DNA from: Nitrospinaceae bacterium
Lineage (GTDB): Bacteria; Nitrospinota; Nitrospinia; Nitrospinales; Nitrospinaceae
Length of the DNA: 64,000 bases
Assembly (NCBI GenBank): GCA_965237905.1
Contig: OZ250172.1
Location: 1,696,001-1,760,000, forward strand
Reading direction: 5' to 3'
Shown: positions 61,092 through 64,000 of the stretch, piece after piece
How the letters are laid out: each line of letters starts with the position of its first letter
Position numbering within the stretch: the first letter of the stretch is position 1
Program-made: the position numbers and the translations under genes
The notes under the pieces: model-generated
Database searches by the model: none
Told to the model about the DNA's origin: nothing
Seen by the model: the letters and a program-made list of their open reading frames with translations, nothing else

Positions 61092-62216
61092 ATGACGGAT
61101 CAGAAACTCAATGTACTCACCATCACAGAATACAATTTAATTGCGACCAAGGATCCCGTCGGCAGTTACGACCGCCGCACCCGCGAGAATCTGTACGCAA
61201 TCATCCTCAAACTAAGCGATTTCAGGGCCAATCTCTCTCCTCTGGAGTTCACCGTTTTCCAGAAATTCCAGGGCGCCCAGTTTGCACCCCTCGGAGAAAA
61301 AGACAAGAAAGTAAAATTTGAAGTTCTCCGTTACCTGCTGTCGGCCCGGGTCCGGCGGACGGCGAGAATCGCAGGCATCACCCTGGCCATACTAGCGGTA
61401 TCCACCCTGACGGTTTATCACTTCTTCCTCAGCGCAGAAACCCAGAAACAAGTGGACCTGGCCTATTATGCCGGTTTGAGCAAACTGGGTCTGGCATCCC
61501 AGGAAGAAATGGCCATGGTGGAAAATAGTCTGCACCAGACGGAAGCCACACTGGTAAAAACTCAAAAGAAAAAAGAAGAGCTGGAGAAAATGGTGGCCCG
61601 CTTGATTGCGAACAACAAGGTCGCCGAAAATTTCAAGCATATCGTCAAGCACATTTATAACGACCCCCGAACCATCTACACCAAAACCACCAACACCATA
61701 GACCTGGAATTTGCAAATAAACGGATCGCCCGCTACGAAACCGATCCTGAAATGTGGTACCTCCTGGGTATTCTGGATACCGGTAGGCTGAAAGTGTTTT
61801 ACGATAACGAAGAGATCATGGAAATCGAAGCCATTTTCGGCCGCAAGGGAGAAGAAACCCCGCTGGGCGAATACGAGATCAAAAACCGGCTCTACCAACC
61901 CACCTGGTACAAAAAGGAAATCATCAACGGTAAACCGATCGTCCGCCCCATCCCCTTCGGCGATGCAGATCATGAGATCGGCCACTGGTGGCTGGGGCTC
62001 AAAAAGCTGGGTCCCGAGGTCCATGGCAGTTACGGGATTCACGGGGTCAATCTCAGCAAGTCCAATGAGTTTTTCAAAAAGAACTTCGACTGGCGTAGCG
62101 GCAGTGCCGGATGCCCCAATATCCAGGAATGGTATCTGGATTTCCTGGCCAATATCCTCCCCCTCGGCACCCACGTCAACATCGTCCAGAAAGACAAGTG
62201 GGTCAAATCCACTTGA
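61092..62216 (+). CDS. Membrane-anchored L,D-transpeptidase (YkuD domain) with coiled coil
   Basis: ETPLGEYEIKNR, YGIHG...SAGC catalytic motif, PLGTHVNI; start MTDQK. Confidence 0.85.
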   Translation: MTDQKLNVLTITEYNLIATKDPVGSYDRRTRENLYAIILKLSDFRANLSPLEFTVFQKFQGAQFAPLGEKDKKVKFEVLRYLLSARVRRTARIAGITLAILAVSTLTVYHFFLSAETQKQVDLAYYAGLSKLGLASQEEMAMVENSLHQTEATLVKTQKKKEELEKMVARLIANNKVAENFKHIVKHIYNDPRTIYTKTTNTIDLEFANKRIARYETDPEMWYLLGILDTGRLKVFYDNEEIMEIEAIFGRKGEETPLGEYEIKNRLYQPTWYKKEIINGKPIVRPIPFGDADHEIGHWWLGLKKLGPEVHGSYGIHGVNLSKSNEFFKKNFDWRSGSAGCPNIQEWYLDFLANILPLGTHVNIVQKDKWVKST

Positions 62217-62423
62217 CTCCTCCCCGGAGGGGGAAATTGTTGACCGTTATCGGCATCCGATAGATTTCCTGCACAATTAAAAGATTTTAAAAATACCAGC
62301 GGAGGTACTCCGCCGGCGATTCGCCGCTGATAATATTAAACTCCCAATTGTGCCGGGGAATTAATGACAGCTGTTAACGGTCAACAATTTCCCCCTCCGG
62401 GGAGGAGGCGGCGATTCGCCGCT
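62217..62423. repeat. Two inverted dispersed repeat copies
   Basis: ctcctccccggagggggaaattgttgaccgtta... / ...gttaacggtcaacaatttccccctccggggaggag. Confidence 0.85.
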
Positions 62424-62482
62424 GGGTTTCGGGCCGTTTATCCGCTATAATTTCAAGTCTTTACTTTTTTTCGGAAACGATC

Positions 62483-63856
62483 ATGAAACAACCCTGGGGC
62501 GGCAGATTCAAGGAATCCACGGACGCGTTGATGCTGAGGTTTTCATCCTCCATCTTCTTCGACAAACGGCTGTATGCTTACGACATCGAAGGCAGTATCG
62601 CGCATTGCCGGACCCTGCAGAAATGCAAAATCCTGAAACCTGCCGAAGCTAAAAAAATCATCACCGGCCTGGGCAAAATCCTCAAAGAGTTCGATCAGGG
62701 AAAATTCAAGGTTAAGGAAAACCTGGAAGATATTCACATGAATATCGAAAAGCGGCTGATCGACTTGGTTGGCCCGGTTGGCGGCAAACTCCACACCGGG
62801 CGGAGCCGGAACGACCAGGTGGCGCTCGATATCCGGCTGTACCTGCGCGATGAAATTGATGTCATTCAGAAGAGTCTGCACCAGTTGGCCAAAACCGTAC
62901 TCGGTCAGGCCAGGAAGCACGTCAACACCCTCATCCCCGGTTATACCCATTTGCAGAGAGCGCAACCGGTATCACTGGCGCATCACTTACTCGCTTATCT
63001 GGAAATGTTCGGGCGGGACCGGGACCGGCTGGCCGACGCCCTCACACGGGTGAACGTCATGCCGCTGGGATCGGCCGCGCTGGCGGGGACTAATTTTCCA
63101 ATCGATCGCCACCACACCGCCAAGTTACTCGGCTTTCCGGCAGTGACGCACAACAGTATGGACGCAGTCAGCGATCGGGATTTCATCGTCGAGTTCTGCT
63201 CCGCCGCGTCGATTCTGATGATGCACCTCAGCCGGTTCTGTGAAGAAATTGTGATCTGGTCGACCAGCGAGTTCGCGTTCATGGAACTATCCGATGCGTT
63301 CACCACGGGCAGCAGTATCATGCCGCAGAAGAAAAACCCCGACGCCGCCGAACTCATCCGGGGCAAGACGGGAAGAATTTACGGTCACCTCATGGGACTC
63401 CTCACCCTGATGAAAGGCCAGCCGCTGGCCTACAACAAGGATTTGCAGGAGGACAAGGAACCGCTGTTCGACACGGTGGATACCGTGCGAACGTCGCTGG
63501 AAGTGTTCGCAGGTATGTTGAAGACAGCCACGTTCGCAAAGACGAAACCGGAATCTTTGGCCGCCAGCGGTTTTCTCACCGCCACCGATCTGGCTGATTA
63601 TCTCGTATTGCAGAACGTGCCGTTTAGGGACGCGCACGAGATCACCGGTAAAACCGTCGCCCACTGCATCCTAACCGGTAAGATCCTTGAGCAGTTGACG
63701 CTTGCGGAGCTACAGAAAATTTCGAAGAAGATTAAGAAAGATGTGTTCGGTTATCTGTCCGTGGAGCAGTCCGTGAAACGGAAGAATGTGTATGGCGGCA
63801 CCGCACCCAACCGGGTGCAGGAACAGATCACGCGCCTGAGCAAAATCTGGAAATGA
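62483..63856 (+). CDS. argH: Argininosuccinate lyase
   Basis: PWGGRF, HTGRSRNDQV, PGYTHLQRAQP, GSSIMPQKKNPD. Confidence 0.98.
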   Translation: MKQPWGGRFKESTDALMLRFSSSIFFDKRLYAYDIEGSIAHCRTLQKCKILKPAEAKKIITGLGKILKEFDQGKFKVKENLEDIHMNIEKRLIDLVGPVGGKLHTGRSRNDQVALDIRLYLRDEIDVIQKSLHQLAKTVLGQARKHVNTLIPGYTHLQRAQPVSLAHHLLAYLEMFGRDRDRLADALTRVNVMPLGSAALAGTNFPIDRHHTAKLLGFPAVTHNSMDAVSDRDFIVEFCSAASILMMHLSRFCEEIVIWSTSEFAFMELSDAFTTGSSIMPQKKNPDAAELIRGKTGRIYGHLMGLLTLMKGQPLAYNKDLQEDKEPLFDTVDTVRTSLEVFAGMLKTATFAKTKPESLAASGFLTATDLADYLVLQNVPFRDAHEITGKTVAHCILTGKILEQLTLAELQKISKKIKKDVFGYLSVEQSVKRKNVYGGTAPNRVQEQITRLSKIWK

Positions 63857-64000
63857 GGACTATTATGAAATCCCCCTGGCTTCCTCTCATTATAATTACG
63901 CTGTTGTCCCTCGGCCTCGCCGATTGCGGTAAGAAGGGCCCGCCTGTGCCCCCGGATGATGAACCGAAACAGGAATCCCCCTCCCCCGCCGGGCAAGGCC
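63853..64000 (+). CDS. Small lipoprotein (LptM/YifL-like), 3' truncated by window
   Basis: MRTIMKSPWLPLIIITLLSLGLADCGKKGPPVPP. Confidence 0.6.
   Translation, partial: MRTIMKSPWLPLIIITLLSLGLADCGKKGPPVPPDDEPKQESPSPAGQG

Overview
Bacterial chromosomal origin region. The lineage may be Nitrospinota-like, but that is an impression I cannot verify here. Left arm (mostly minus strand): recR-ybaB-dnaX-ffs, six tRNAs (Asn, Arg-GCG and all four Ser), serS, gyrA-gyrB-[oriC with DnaA-trios]-dnaA. Right arm: etfB/etfA, rsmG, two parS sites, parA-parB, bactofilin, rsmI, a ParA-like/bactofilin/L,D-transpeptidase module and argH. The main finding lies immediately upstream of and divergent from dnaA. It is a ~15.5 kb phage-derived structural cluster (28.9-44.6 kb) with a terminase, RcGTA-like HK97 portal/protease/capsid, adaptor, baseplate-like and fibre-like genes. 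I find no integrase, replication genes, endolysin, tail tube or tape measure in it. A CI-like S24 repressor with two palindromic operators and a divergent Zn-finger/sigma-r4 pair follows it. The best reading is a domesticated, possibly tail-tube-less, gene-transfer-agent-like system. Other notable items: moron genes each preceded by the same ~35-bp promoter repeat; a dispersed modular palindromic repeat family that abuts gene ends and inserts in-frame into proteins; a SecY paralogue with a C-terminal extra domain; a candidate -1 frameshift near the dnaX 3' end; and an N-terminal domain shared by a bactofilin and an L,D-transpeptidase. All family assignments come from motif recognition by eye, not from database searches.
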